From IMG/VR virus record IMGVR_UViG_3300025133_000019: a stretch of 64,000 nt of DNA. One strand, written 5' to 3'. Numbering within the stretch: position 1 is the first letter of the stretch; every line of letters begins with the position of its first letter. The position numbers and the translations under genes were made by a program. The notes beneath the pieces are model-generated. The model saw only the letters and a list, made by a program, of their open reading frames with translations. It ran no database searches and was not told where the DNA came from. The stretch is from a virus (taxonomy: Duplodnaviria > Heunggongvirae > Uroviricota > Caudoviricetes). Shown here in pieces: positions 10,452-19,911 of this stretch.

Positions 10452-11867
10452 AAATCATGACATTTCCTGACATCCCCTTTAGGCGGTGCAGGATAGTCTA
10501 GATTCTATTTCTTGTTTCATAGACGAGGCCATTGCCTCGTCTCCACAAGCGTTACTTCCCCCAGAACTTGAGGTAGGATCGCAATGATCAAGGTAATAAT
10601 TTCTTAGATTATAACTGGCGTTTAAGTCTCGACAGAGACTTAAACCACACTCAGTACAATTGTAAACTCTTTCACTTAATTTTAATTTATCCTTCTTGTT
10701 TCCACAAGAAGAGCAAGTTTTAGAGGAAGGAAACCATCGGTCCACGACCATAAGGTCTACTACAAACCATTTAGATTTGTACTCAAATTGTCTTCGTATT
10801 TCACCGAAACTAGTATCAGCTAAACACCTACTTAACCTACGATTCTTAATCATATTCTTGACTGCCAAATCCTCGATGACCAAAGACCTTGGTTTGGCTT
10901 TCGCCAAGGTCGTAGTCATCTTATGGATTGAGTCTTTTCTAATGTTTGAAATTTTGTAGTGAAGTTTAGCTAATTTAGATGCTGATTTCTTTTTACTGTT
11001 AGAATTTTTTTTCTTTCTAGAATGCTTCTTGGAAAGTCTTTTAAGACTTTCCAAGTTAGATTTTAAAGCTTTAGGGTTCTCAAACCTCATAGAGTTAGAA
11101 GCTACAGCCAGTTCTTTAATTCCTAAATCAATCCCAATTACTTCTGAAGAAATCCCAAACTTAGGAAGAAAAAGAATTTCTTCTTCAACTTGGATAGCAA
11201 CAAACCACCGTCCCGCACGACTAGAGACTGAAGCCGAGAGAATTTTGATTCCTCCTTCTGGGAAGTATCCTTTTTCTTTAAGCTTTAGCACTCCTAGTCT
11301 AGGAAGCTGAATGTAACCATTACTAAGGACCTTAATGGTCCCAGTAAGTCTGAAGCTTTTCTTAGAATCATGCTTAGATTTAAACTTAGGAAATCCAGGG
11401 GCTTCAACCTTGGATTTCGCCCTCCTGAAGAAGGATTGGTAAGCTTTGTCCAAGTCCCTAAGAGCCTCCTGCGGAGCACATTTAGAGACTTGATACATCC
11501 AAGGATAACAGACTTTCTTTAAAGAGTTAATCTTTCTGTGGAGAGAAATTGCATTTAGTTTCTCTCTGGCTTTTAGCTCTTTTTCAAGCTCTCCTCTTTC
11601 TTTTCCAGAAACTGAAGCTATTTTTTCTTTTAGGATTTTAATTTCTGAGTAGTCTTTAATTTTGAGGTTTAAACCCCAGTCATAAGTGAATCGAGTCGAG
11701 CCACAATGCTGTTCCAGCAGTTGTTTTTGGCTCTTGTTAACCTTTAATTCAGTTTTATAGCCCCGGTTTCTAGTTTTCACAAAAACTAGCTAAAATCAAC
11801 TGATTACGATAAAATTAGTAATTAGTTAGATTTATCACTATTTTGTATGAAAGGTCAAGATTACCAA
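10452..11867 (-). mobile_element. IS200/IS605-family TnpB-only element, copy 2, lying between the two tRNA halves (approximate boundaries)
   Basis: Intact tnpB runs 11780-10479. The RE side abuts the tRNA anticodon loop and the LE side abuts the tRNA variable arm. Confidence 0.55.
10479..11780 (-). CDS. tnpB: TnpB (OrfB) RNA-guided nuclease, intact
   Basis: N-term YKTELKVNKSQKQLLEQHCGSTRF; RuvC-I GIDLGIKELAV; RuvC-II VIEDLAV; zinc finger CSSCGN...CTECG; RuvC-III RDLNASYNL. Confidence 0.85.
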   Translation of the reverse strand: MKTRNRGYKTELKVNKSQKQLLEQHCGSTRFTYDWGLNLKIKDYSEIKILKEKIASVSGKERGELEKELKAREKLNAISLHRKINSLKKVCYPWMYQVSKCAPQEALRDLDKAYQSFFRRAKSKVEAPGFPKFKSKHDSKKSFRLTGTIKVLSNGYIQLPRLGVLKLKEKGYFPEGGIKILSASVSSRAGRWFVAIQVEEEILFLPKFGISSEVIGIDLGIKELAVASNSMRFENPKALKSNLESLKRLSKKHSRKKKNSNSKKKSASKLAKLHYKISNIRKDSIHKMTTTLAKAKPRSLVIEDLAVKNMIKNRRLSRCLADTSFGEIRRQFEYKSKWFVVDLMVVDRWFPSSKTCSSCGNKKDKLKLSERVYNCTECGLSLCRDLNASYNLRNYYLDHCDPTSSSGGSNACGDEAMASSMKQEIESRLSCTA

Positions 11868-11925
11868 TCAACTGTTACTAACCCTGGTAAGGGTGAGGGC
11901 AGCGGTTCGATCCCGTTATTCGGCA
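11868..11925 (+). tRNA. 3' half of the split class II tRNA: variable arm ACCCTGGTAAGGGT, T-arm AGCGG-TTCGATC-CCGTT, acceptor ATTCGGC plus A
   Basis: The acceptor 3' strand pairs 7 of 7 (one G-U) with GCCGGAT at 10413-10419. Confidence 0.5.
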
Positions 11926-11990
11926 TTTTACTTTTCTTATTCTCTTTCTAGAATTGCTTGTTGCGCCTTATACTTGAGATCTTCCAGTTT

Positions 11991-12663
11991 CTACTGAGCT
12001 TCTTCAATTATTTCTATAGCTTTCTCTGGATTTTCGTGTGTCATTCCTCTAGGAAGTTTTACGGTTACGTGAGACGTTTCTTCAGCCGTAAACGTAAGAT
12101 CTATTTCAACTGGGCTAACCCGTTCCTTATTAACAGGAAAAGCTAGATCCCTGAAGGCTTCAATAATTTCCTCAAAATTTTTCCTTTCAGAACTACCAGG
12201 ATTGTAAAGATTCAGAGGATTATAATAATGAGAAGAGCTAAGGAAGCCGTTGATATCCTCTTTTAGTTGGTCTATTCTTTCGTCCCTGAGATTTAGATTA
12301 TAGAATAGGGGATTAGAGAGGTCTTCCTTTTCTTGGTTGGGATAGACAATTTCAATATGAGCTATATCTTTGGGAGATACGGTAATAACAACCGGGTTGC
12401 TTGGAGGAGCTTCAAAATGAAATCCGTCGTCCCAATCGCCCATACTAACTCTTTTATAGGGTTCGTCGGAATTGTAGGTAACGTCCTCTAGTTTACAAGG
12501 ATTTTCAGCCCACAAGTGCATTTCTATTCAGCCATATAGACCGTAATCTCTAAAAGATTCCCTTGTTATCCAAAATTGTGTGGGGGTTTCGAGTTTTTCG
12601 GTAGTTATAAGTTTCCTTATAGCTTCTTCGATTATTTCTTGCTGATATCCTGTAAAGTTCATT
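11991..12663 (-). CDS. hypothetical protein with an in-frame TGA at 12528-12530
   Basis: SD AAGGAG precedes the ATG at 12663. A 44-codon segment, then TGA, then the 176-codon ORF (ATG at 12521, no SD), all in one frame. Confidence 0.4.
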
Positions 12664-12749
12664 TTTCGTCTCCTTCACCTTTATTCTATTCTAACATTAA
12701 CCCACTGTCAACCCTTGTTTTTGAAGGACCATAGTTTTTTATTTTTAAG

Positions 12750-15700
12750 GTGTTTTATATGGATTCTGGTTATTTGTATTTTAAAGTTGATATAGACAGT
12801 AATTTGTCGAGACTAAATTTCTTGGCAACAAGAGATATTCTTAATACAGACGATATTCAGGAGTTTATTGATTATTTAGTAAAAGAATTGAAGAACAATG
12901 CTAATGTAGATCAAGACGACAGAAAAAAGATTACTTTGTGGTTAAATCGAAAGAAGCAAGGTCTTAAAGATTATTTTAAAAAGAATATCAAGGGAGACAG
13001 CTCTGACTTTTACAAGAAAGTGGAGCGAGTAACTCATACCCCCAGTGATGCTCCAGAATGGTTGCTATCAAAAATAGAAGAAAATCCTAGGTATCTTCAA
13101 GAAGAGGAAGTTTATAAGGTAAGGGCTCCTCTGAAAGCTGATACCGCTTTAGTAAATAAAATTAAGCACATTATAGACTATTTAGTGTGGTATTTAGACA
13201 AAAATCCGACTAAATCTTTGTTAAACACAACTTGGAAACAAGTACACGAAGGCATTAAAAAGTGGGAGAAGAGTTTTGAAGGAGAAGAGACCAGTGAACT
13301 TCTTCCTGGAGAAAAGGTTATTCTTACTTTAGGAGAATACTTTTGGGTTGAGCTGACTGACAAGGATTCTCTTAAAAACGAAGGCTCTAGAATGGGTCAC
13401 TGTGTAGGGGGATATTGCAGCGCAGTTACCTCTGGCGACATGAAAATATACAGTCTAAGAGGGCAGGGCAATATTCCAATAGCTACTCTAGAATTAGATT
13501 ATCATAGGGACACTTTCAAGCAAGCTAAAGGCAAATATAATAAGCCGGTGAGCCATAAGTACTCCTCGCAGATCATGTCTTTACTTAATTTTTTGAGAAG
13601 AGACTTCGGGTTATCCGATGACTTTAAACATACTTCTATTTTTAAACACGAAAAAAAGTTCTATAGACTAGAAAATAAAGTTCCTCTTAATGGCCAGCTC
13701 ATCGAGCCAGAGGACGTGACTCCAGATCTTATTGAGGAGTCGTTGTCTAGAAATCCTCAGTTAGCTTATTTTATTGAGAGTGAAGAGCTTGTTGATAAAA
13801 TGTATAATCTTCCTTACGCTGCGGTATCCGATATGATACCTTACTTACATAAGGCTGATCCTAAGGACGTAGTGAAGTATGTGGATGCTGCGGTGTTTTC
13901 GGATTCTCACGAAGTTTATAGAAATGACCCTACTATTTATAAAAAAGTTTTAAAAAATATGGAAGAAGACGAGTTTCATTTAGTATTGCCTGGATTACCC
14001 GACCATGTCAGAAATGATCCTGCTGTATGGGGTCCTATGCTATTAAAAGAGGGTTTGCAGCCACTTCAATACGTGGGATCTAAGTCTATCATAAAGGGAT
14101 TTAAGTACATAGATAAGTTTATTGAAAAATACGAAATAGTAGAGCAAAAGAGTTGGTCTGAACTAAGGTGGTTAGCCGAGAATATAAAGCCTAAGGATGT
14201 AGATAGACTTATAACAGATACTAACTTTAAAAATTATTTTGACCCTTTAGATTTAGCACGGATATTTGATGACCAGCGAGATTTTGTAAGCGCCTTACTT
14301 TTAAATTCTTACTATATAAATGAGTTTAAAGATATAGTTAAAGTAGAGCCTCTTAGATTCTTGTTGAGGATGAGTGAATCTCAGATTTCATTGGATATAA
14401 AGGTCAGGAATTCTATTATAACCGAGATATTTCCGGTTTTAGACGATTCTCTGTCCAAAGATCCTCGCCCTCTATTTAAAAACTTTGCTTACAATAGAGA
14501 TTCTGTAGCAGCAAAGTATATGGATAGAATCATAGATTCTAAAGAATCCAGAGTGAGAGATAAAATAGTTTCCCTGATTGAAACAGGCCAAGAAAATTAT
14601 TTAGAATTAGGGAGTAATGCCCGAGAGCTGCTGGAGAAGAGTAATATCAGTTCTGACGCTGTAAAACGCTCTTTACTGGAGTATTCTGAAACCACCTCGG
14701 TTAACCAAGATACTCAGACTCTCAATTTTAATCTATTATCAGAAGCAATAGATTCGGAGGTTATAGATTATTTTAAAAAGATGTTTTTAGAAGGAGATCT
14801 CATAAAAGTCAGGAGTCTTGTTTATAACTTGCCTATAGTTATAATTACTTCTGTGTTTGATCAGGATAACGAAGTACTGGATCACATTGCCAACTCTATA
14901 AGCCAAGCATTTTATGATATAAACACATATCAGTTTGTATATATGATTACAAATTTACTGGAAGATCCTGCTAGAGAAAGGCGTTTTGTTTTAAAATCTG
15001 TTAAGCCCATACTTCTTAGAGAGGGTATTTCAGGACTAACAAATCCAGATCCTTCGGTATCTGAGAATTGGGAGCATCTTAAAGATGATCCTCAAATAAT
15101 AGAACTAGTTAAAAACAATCTTAAATCTTTGGAGGACAAAGACCTTTTTAAGGTTCTTTCTTCTTTTCAGGGCACACATAATTTCATAACTCCAGATACA
15201 CTGAAGGATTTGGAAAGAAGGTTTGAGGAAAACGAAGAATTTTGGCTTAGGCCATTCAGGGCAAATTCAGAAGTTCAGATTTTATATGCTGATCTTTTAA
15301 AAGAATCTCAAAAGATATCAGATCTCCTTGTAGCTACCTGGAGCAAGGGAAATTCCGATTTAGGGTTTTTACTGGAGTTTAATAAGGGGTATCCTGAAAA
15401 TGTGAGGGAAGTTATTATAAAGGATTTAAGTCTATGGGGTAGTTTGCCTGAGTACGAGCTAGAAAATTTTTATTACCGAGATATTTACATGGACGCTGTA
15501 AAATACGACAGTAATAATGTCATGAAAACTCCACTCGAATATAACAGCCGTTTCATGTTTCCTAGTGATTTAGATGATGAGTCTATTCAAATAACATATG
15601 ATGTATTCAAGACAGAAGTAGCCAAGAAAACTGGAAGCCTGTTTAGGTTTAAAAACTTGTTTTCCGCATTTAATGCTAAATATAGCGACTTCAAGAAGTA

Positions 15701-16106
15701 CGCAGCCACGTATTTAGCTGACATTGCCGTAACCTCTAGACTAGCTGATTTTAATCAGGATGTCGCTATAGAGTATCTATTGGACAAAGAGTTTTTGGTA
15801 TTAATGGAGTCTGTGTCTCCAGACTCTTCTTTTCTGCTTCTTGACAATTTTGATGGATACCAAAAGGAGGAGATCGCTTCGCTTTACCAGATGTCCTTTA
15901 TACTCAGTGTAAAAAATCATCTCACCGACGACTATACATTTGAGATTGAGTATGGGAGCCCTCTTTTAAAGTCTACTAAAATTAGTGAATTTACAAAGAA
16001 AGTTAATAGAGAGCATCCAGGAAAGATTGATGTAACATTAAACACAGATTGGGCAGCTCAAGCCTCTCTGTATAAAATAGGTAGGTTGAAGAGTGTATTT
16101 TGTTAG
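12750..16106 (+). CDS. giant paralog A (1118 aa): shared N-terminal ~270-aa module with an HCVGGYC motif and a unique C-terminus
   Basis: Shares LSRLNFLATRDILNTDDIQEF, KKQGLKDYFKKNIK, HIIDYLVWYL, WVELTD...NEGSRMGHCVGGYCS...KIYSLR with the next two genes. Confidence 0.7.
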   Translation: MFYMDSGYLYFKVDIDSNLSRLNFLATRDILNTDDIQEFIDYLVKELKNNANVDQDDRKKITLWLNRKKQGLKDYFKKNIKGDSSDFYKKVERVTHTPSDAPEWLLSKIEENPRYLQEEEVYKVRAPLKADTALVNKIKHIIDYLVWYLDKNPTKSLLNTTWKQVHEGIKKWEKSFEGEETSELLPGEKVILTLGEYFWVELTDKDSLKNEGSRMGHCVGGYCSAVTSGDMKIYSLRGQGNIPIATLELDYHRDTFKQAKGKYNKPVSHKYSSQIMSLLNFLRRDFGLSDDFKHTSIFKHEKKFYRLENKVPLNGQLIEPEDVTPDLIEESLSRNPQLAYFIESEELVDKMYNLPYAAVSDMIPYLHKADPKDVVKYVDAAVFSDSHEVYRNDPTIYKKVLKNMEEDEFHLVLPGLPDHVRNDPAVWGPMLLKEGLQPLQYVGSKSIIKGFKYIDKFIEKYEIVEQKSWSELRWLAENIKPKDVDRLITDTNFKNYFDPLDLARIFDDQRDFVSALLLNSYYINEFKDIVKVEPLRFLLRMSESQISLDIKVRNSIITEIFPVLDDSLSKDPRPLFKNFAYNRDSVAAKYMDRIIDSKESRVRDKIVSLIETGQENYLELGSNARELLEKSNISSDAVKRSLLEYSETTSVNQDTQTLNFNLLSEAIDSEVIDYFKKMFLEGDLIKVRSLVYNLPIVIITSVFDQDNEVLDHIANSISQAFYDINTYQFVYMITNLLEDPARERRFVLKSVKPILLREGISGLTNPDPSVSENWEHLKDDPQIIELVKNNLKSLEDKDLFKVLSSFQGTHNFITPDTLKDLERRFEENEEFWLRPFRANSEVQILYADLLKESQKISDLLVATWSKGNSDLGFLLEFNKGYPENVREVIIKDLSLWGSLPEYELENFYYRDIYMDAVKYDSNNVMKTPLEYNSRFMFPSDLDDESIQITYDVFKTEVAKKTGSLFRFKNLFSAFNAKYSDFKKYAATYLADIAVTSRLADFNQDVAIEYLLDKEFLVLMESVSPDSSFLLLDNFDGYQKEEIASLYQMSFILSVKNHLTDDYTFEIEYGSPLLKSTKISEFTKKVNREHPGKIDVTLNTDWAAQASLYKIGRLKSVFC

Positions 16107-19100
16107 GCAAAAAAATAGCTTATTATCTGGTCTACATTTCCTGGCTACCAGAGATATCCTTAATACAGATGATATCCAAGAGTTTCTGGATTGGTTTGAA
16201 CTTAAAATTAGGAAAAAAAGAACAGAGGATGAGGTTAAGCACAAGATAATAAAGTGGTTTAACAAGAAAAAACAAGGTCTTAAGGATTACTTCAAAAAGA
16301 ATATTAAAAACGATAGCGCAGAGTTTTACAAGAAAGTAGAACGAGTACTACATGAACCTAGCGATTCTCCTGAATGGTTAACCGAGAAACTAAAAGAAGA
16401 TCCTCATTACTTATCTAGGAATGAGGTCTACAAGATTAGAGCCCCTTTAAAATCGGATACCAAACTAGTAACAAAGTTAGATCATATTGTTGACTACTTA
16501 ATTTACTACCTTAAGAACAATAAGGGCAAAGCTCTTGATAGTGTTACTTGGACTCACGTTAAAAGAGGAATCGAAAAATGGGAGAAATCTTTTGCGCTTA
16601 AAAAAGAGATCAAAGAAGTCTTACCAGGAGAAAAGCTGGTATTAAAATCTTCAGATGGATTCAGTTGGTATGAGCTTACTGATTCCTTATCATTAGCTAA
16701 TGAGGGTTCTAGGATGGACCATTGTGTGGGAGGGGCTTGTAGTGCCGTTATATCCGGAGGCACGAAAATATTTAGTCTTAGGGATCAAGACAATCTCCCT
16801 CATGCTACATTAGAGTATGATGTTCCGGACCACTCCTTCAATCAATTAAAAGGTAAAAATAACTCAGCTATATCTAAAAAATATTCTAAATATTTAAAAG
16901 AATTCCTAGAAAATTTTAAGCAGGAAAATCCTGATACCGAGTTCTCTATTGAGGCCAACGATTTTGAAGCCTCAGGTATTTATGAATACAAAGGTCAGTT
17001 AGCAGATGTTCATGAATTAATTCCATTTGATCATGAATTAGTTGATCCTAAAAGTTTGAATGATAAAGATCTTAAGAGAGCTGTCACCAGTTTTCCAAGA
17101 GCTATTATTCACTCAAGAGATTTAGCTACAGTGAGATCTGTGTTAGGTTTAGATAGAAGTCAGTTAGTATACGTCACTCATCTTAGTTATGAGGATGCTA
17201 GATTAATAATTAGGGACCAACCCATTTTTTATAAGTATCTTAACCCAAAATATAAGACAGACCCCGAGACCTTAGAAATGGCTGAGACCTTCATGAAAGA
17301 AACTAGAAGGTATGCTTTTATGTATGATGCTTTTCCTAAATCATACCGAGATGATCCTGACAATTGGGAGCCTATTTTAGAAGAGGACACTGCTTACTCT
17401 AGTATAGTTTCGCATATCAGTCCCGATGTAAAAGAGAGATATATGTCAACCTTTTTGAGACTCTTGGAAGATGTTCGTAAAACTAGTTTGTTTTTTAAGA
17501 TGACCCCTGAGCATATAGATTCCTTGTATTCTAACGAAGATTTCGTGGAGTATCTAGAGAACAAAGAGCTTCTTAGCGGATATCCAGATGATCTAACTGT
17601 CCCTCAGGTTTTACATACTCAAGCAAGACCAGAAAGATTAAGTCAGTGGAAACAAGCTATAAAAGATAATAACGGTTTCATCTCTAAAAATGGATTTAAT
17701 GTGGCAAGGCTTCCTTTAAAACACGCTGAGTTAAGAGATAATAAGGATGCCAAAATTCTTACAAAAGAGCTGTTTCCAATTCTGTCAAATAAAATTATGG
17801 AGGATGCCAAATTCCTTAGGACCATACACACGGAATCCACAAACTATGTACTAGGGACCTCTTATATACAAACTCTAGGCTCGGTTTTTATGGAGGCCGT
17901 TAAACCTGGAACAGATATATTTAATAGACTGGAAACAGGTATTTTAAATGGAGAACTCAGTTATTTTGACATCCCTGTAGAAGTAAGTCGAAGATGGCCT
18001 GTCGGTGCAATGCACGAGGCTATAGAGAAAGAGATGCTTGGTTACACGGATTTATTTGAGGATACCGAAGATTTTATGTTCTCAAAGAATATCAAATCTT
18101 TACTTGAAAATAGCTCTAAAATAAGAAATCACATAGTGTCCCTTTTAAACGAAGACAATGTAAAAAGATTTATAGATAGTAGGGGATCTGATTCGTTACC
18201 TAGGAATATATCTGCCGTAATTTATAACAGTTCTAAAGCTAGAGATTTATGCGTAGAGTACTTGAAGAATAATTTTAATGGGGTGTACTGGAGACAATAT
18301 CAGAGAGATGAGATGTTTGTCCATTTTAGAGATTTCCCTGTGGAAGAAGTAGAACTAAGAGCTTTGCAAGATGACTTCAAGGGTTCGTATAGATACGTGA
18401 ATGTGCCTTCCTATATAAACAACGATTTTGTGAAACAAGGAATGGACAAGATTATACTACAATCGGAATCAATAGAAAGTCTTTTTGAGAATATACATCA
18501 CTCTCTTTATTCCCCTAAGGTTTTAAGGGAGGTAGAAGGTATAGAGGATAGTTTCTCTGCTCTCTTTTTAGAGGCCAGCCCATACGAACTAAACGATTAC
18601 TCTGATAGGATAGGGAATATTTTTGGAGACGTAGTTGCTTCTGACCCAAAAATTGCGGTACAGCTCAAAAAATCCGTCATACATAACAAAGTTGTTTATC
18701 CTGAAGCAATTCTTGAGATGTTAGATGATGACTATAGGGTTTGGATTATCGAAGCTTTAACCAAAGATTTTGATAGATTCAATGAGTATTTCAGGGAATA
18801 CGGGGTAGTCAGAGAAGCAGGAGAATTCAAGCTTTTTATTTTAGCATTGAAAAACAACTACGATAATATAAAGTATCTACCCGTATATGAAACAAACAGG
18901 TTTAATACCAATATTTATAATGCACACGGGTTAATAGAGGTAGACCCTGAAATAGATTCTATATTATATAAAAGGTTCAAAGAAATTAAACCCGGAGAAC
19001 CGGATACTCCCATGTCTTTTTACTACGTTTTGGACTTGTTCGAGAAGCAACCCGATTTTTACGAAGTCGTAATAGACTATTATAGCAGTGCTAACGCAGA

Positions 19101-19911
19101 CTTCTCTGGATTATCGTACTTTCTGAGTAAACTGAAAAATCCGCTGAAAATTTTAATAGGTTTAAGAGCTAAGGGAGGAAATCTTTACAAGTTGTTCACA
19201 CTTAAACTGGGAGACCCAGAAGATTTATTAGAATACCCTAACTCGGAAGAGTTTTTGGTTGCCTATTCAGAGGACTACAAAGAAATTGTCGATGACTACT
19301 TAGAACAAAAAGGAACTAGATTGCTAACTCCGTTTAGATTCTCATTAAAGTATACTGAACCAACATTTATAGAGTCGTATAAAAATAGAATTTTAAAGGT
19401 TAAGGATTCCGGGAATCTGTGGACTGAGAAGCCTTCTATAGTACTAAGCATCTTAGGGGATGCTGATATACAAGAGTTTTTATTAGAAGATATTGTTAAT
19501 AGGATTAAAGTCAGACGGATATCCAGGAAGAACGCAGAAGTTTTGTTTTCGTTTCCGGTATACCAAGAAAGTGTGATAAGCTATATAAAGTCGTCTGACC
19601 CTAAAGATAGGTGGAGGAGGTTTGGCCAGGAGTTAGTATTAGAGTTGGTTAAACTTTCTCCAGAGATTGCTAATTTGTTATACCTAGATCTACAGAACCC
19701 AGATTTAAATTTAGTAAGAACAACTAGTAATGCAGGCGAAACCGTGTATTTCAGATATCGAGAAGAAATATATGAGCTATTTTCCAAAGATCCTTTTAAT
19801 AGCTTACTGAAGAAGGAAGAGTTTGGTCCTCTAGTAAATATAGTAAACCCAGAAGTGGAAATAAATTCTTCTTTACTAAAGAAATTGGCAGGCTTACATG
19901 ACGTACTTTGA
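16093..19911 (+). CDS. giant paralog B (1272 aa)
   Basis: Same N-terminal module (NEGSRMDHCVGGACS...KIFSLR). The 14-nt overlap with the upstream gene suggests translational coupling. Confidence 0.7.
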   Translation: MYFVRQKNSLLSGLHFLATRDILNTDDIQEFLDWFELKIRKKRTEDEVKHKIIKWFNKKKQGLKDYFKKNIKNDSAEFYKKVERVLHEPSDSPEWLTEKLKEDPHYLSRNEVYKIRAPLKSDTKLVTKLDHIVDYLIYYLKNNKGKALDSVTWTHVKRGIEKWEKSFALKKEIKEVLPGEKLVLKSSDGFSWYELTDSLSLANEGSRMDHCVGGACSAVISGGTKIFSLRDQDNLPHATLEYDVPDHSFNQLKGKNNSAISKKYSKYLKEFLENFKQENPDTEFSIEANDFEASGIYEYKGQLADVHELIPFDHELVDPKSLNDKDLKRAVTSFPRAIIHSRDLATVRSVLGLDRSQLVYVTHLSYEDARLIIRDQPIFYKYLNPKYKTDPETLEMAETFMKETRRYAFMYDAFPKSYRDDPDNWEPILEEDTAYSSIVSHISPDVKERYMSTFLRLLEDVRKTSLFFKMTPEHIDSLYSNEDFVEYLENKELLSGYPDDLTVPQVLHTQARPERLSQWKQAIKDNNGFISKNGFNVARLPLKHAELRDNKDAKILTKELFPILSNKIMEDAKFLRTIHTESTNYVLGTSYIQTLGSVFMEAVKPGTDIFNRLETGILNGELSYFDIPVEVSRRWPVGAMHEAIEKEMLGYTDLFEDTEDFMFSKNIKSLLENSSKIRNHIVSLLNEDNVKRFIDSRGSDSLPRNISAVIYNSSKARDLCVEYLKNNFNGVYWRQYQRDEMFVHFRDFPVEEVELRALQDDFKGSYRYVNVPSYINNDFVKQGMDKIILQSESIESLFENIHHSLYSPKVLREVEGIEDSFSALFLEASPYELNDYSDRIGNIFGDVVASDPKIAVQLKKSVIHNKVVYPEAILEMLDDDYRVWIIEALTKDFDRFNEYFREYGVVREAGEFKLFILALKNNYDNIKYLPVYETNRFNTNIYNAHGLIEVDPEIDSILYKRFKEIKPGEPDTPMSFYYVLDLFEKQPDFYEVVIDYYSSANADFSGLSYFLSKLKNPLKILIGLRAKGGNLYKLFTLKLGDPEDLLEYPNSEEFLVAYSEDYKEIVDDYLEQKGTRLLTPFRFSLKYTEPTFIESYKNRILKVKDSGNLWTEKPSIVLSILGDADIQEFLLEDIVNRIKVRRISRKNAEVLFSFPVYQESVISYIKSSDPKDRWRRFGQELVLELVKLSPEIANLLYLDLQNPDLNLVRTTSNAGETVYFRYREEIYELFSKDPFNSLLKKEEFGPLVNIVNPEVEINSSLLKKLAGLHDVL

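Noticed and set aside
10484-10496. The 13-mer CGGTGCAGGATAG is shared between the TnpB-interrupted tRNA locus and the tRNA-like gene at 42862
   Set aside because: About 100 chance 12-mer matches are expected in 64 kb of AT-biased sequence. The flanking similarity is too short to call it a duplicated tRNA fragment.
10452-11867. Archaeal-type split or BHB-intron tRNA interpretation of the tRNA halves
   Set aside because: The host signals are bacterial (SD sites, sigma70 promoters, IF-3). Complementarity between the 5'-half trailer (AATCATGAC) and the 3'-half leader (GTCAAGATT) is only 8 of 9 with a central mismatch.
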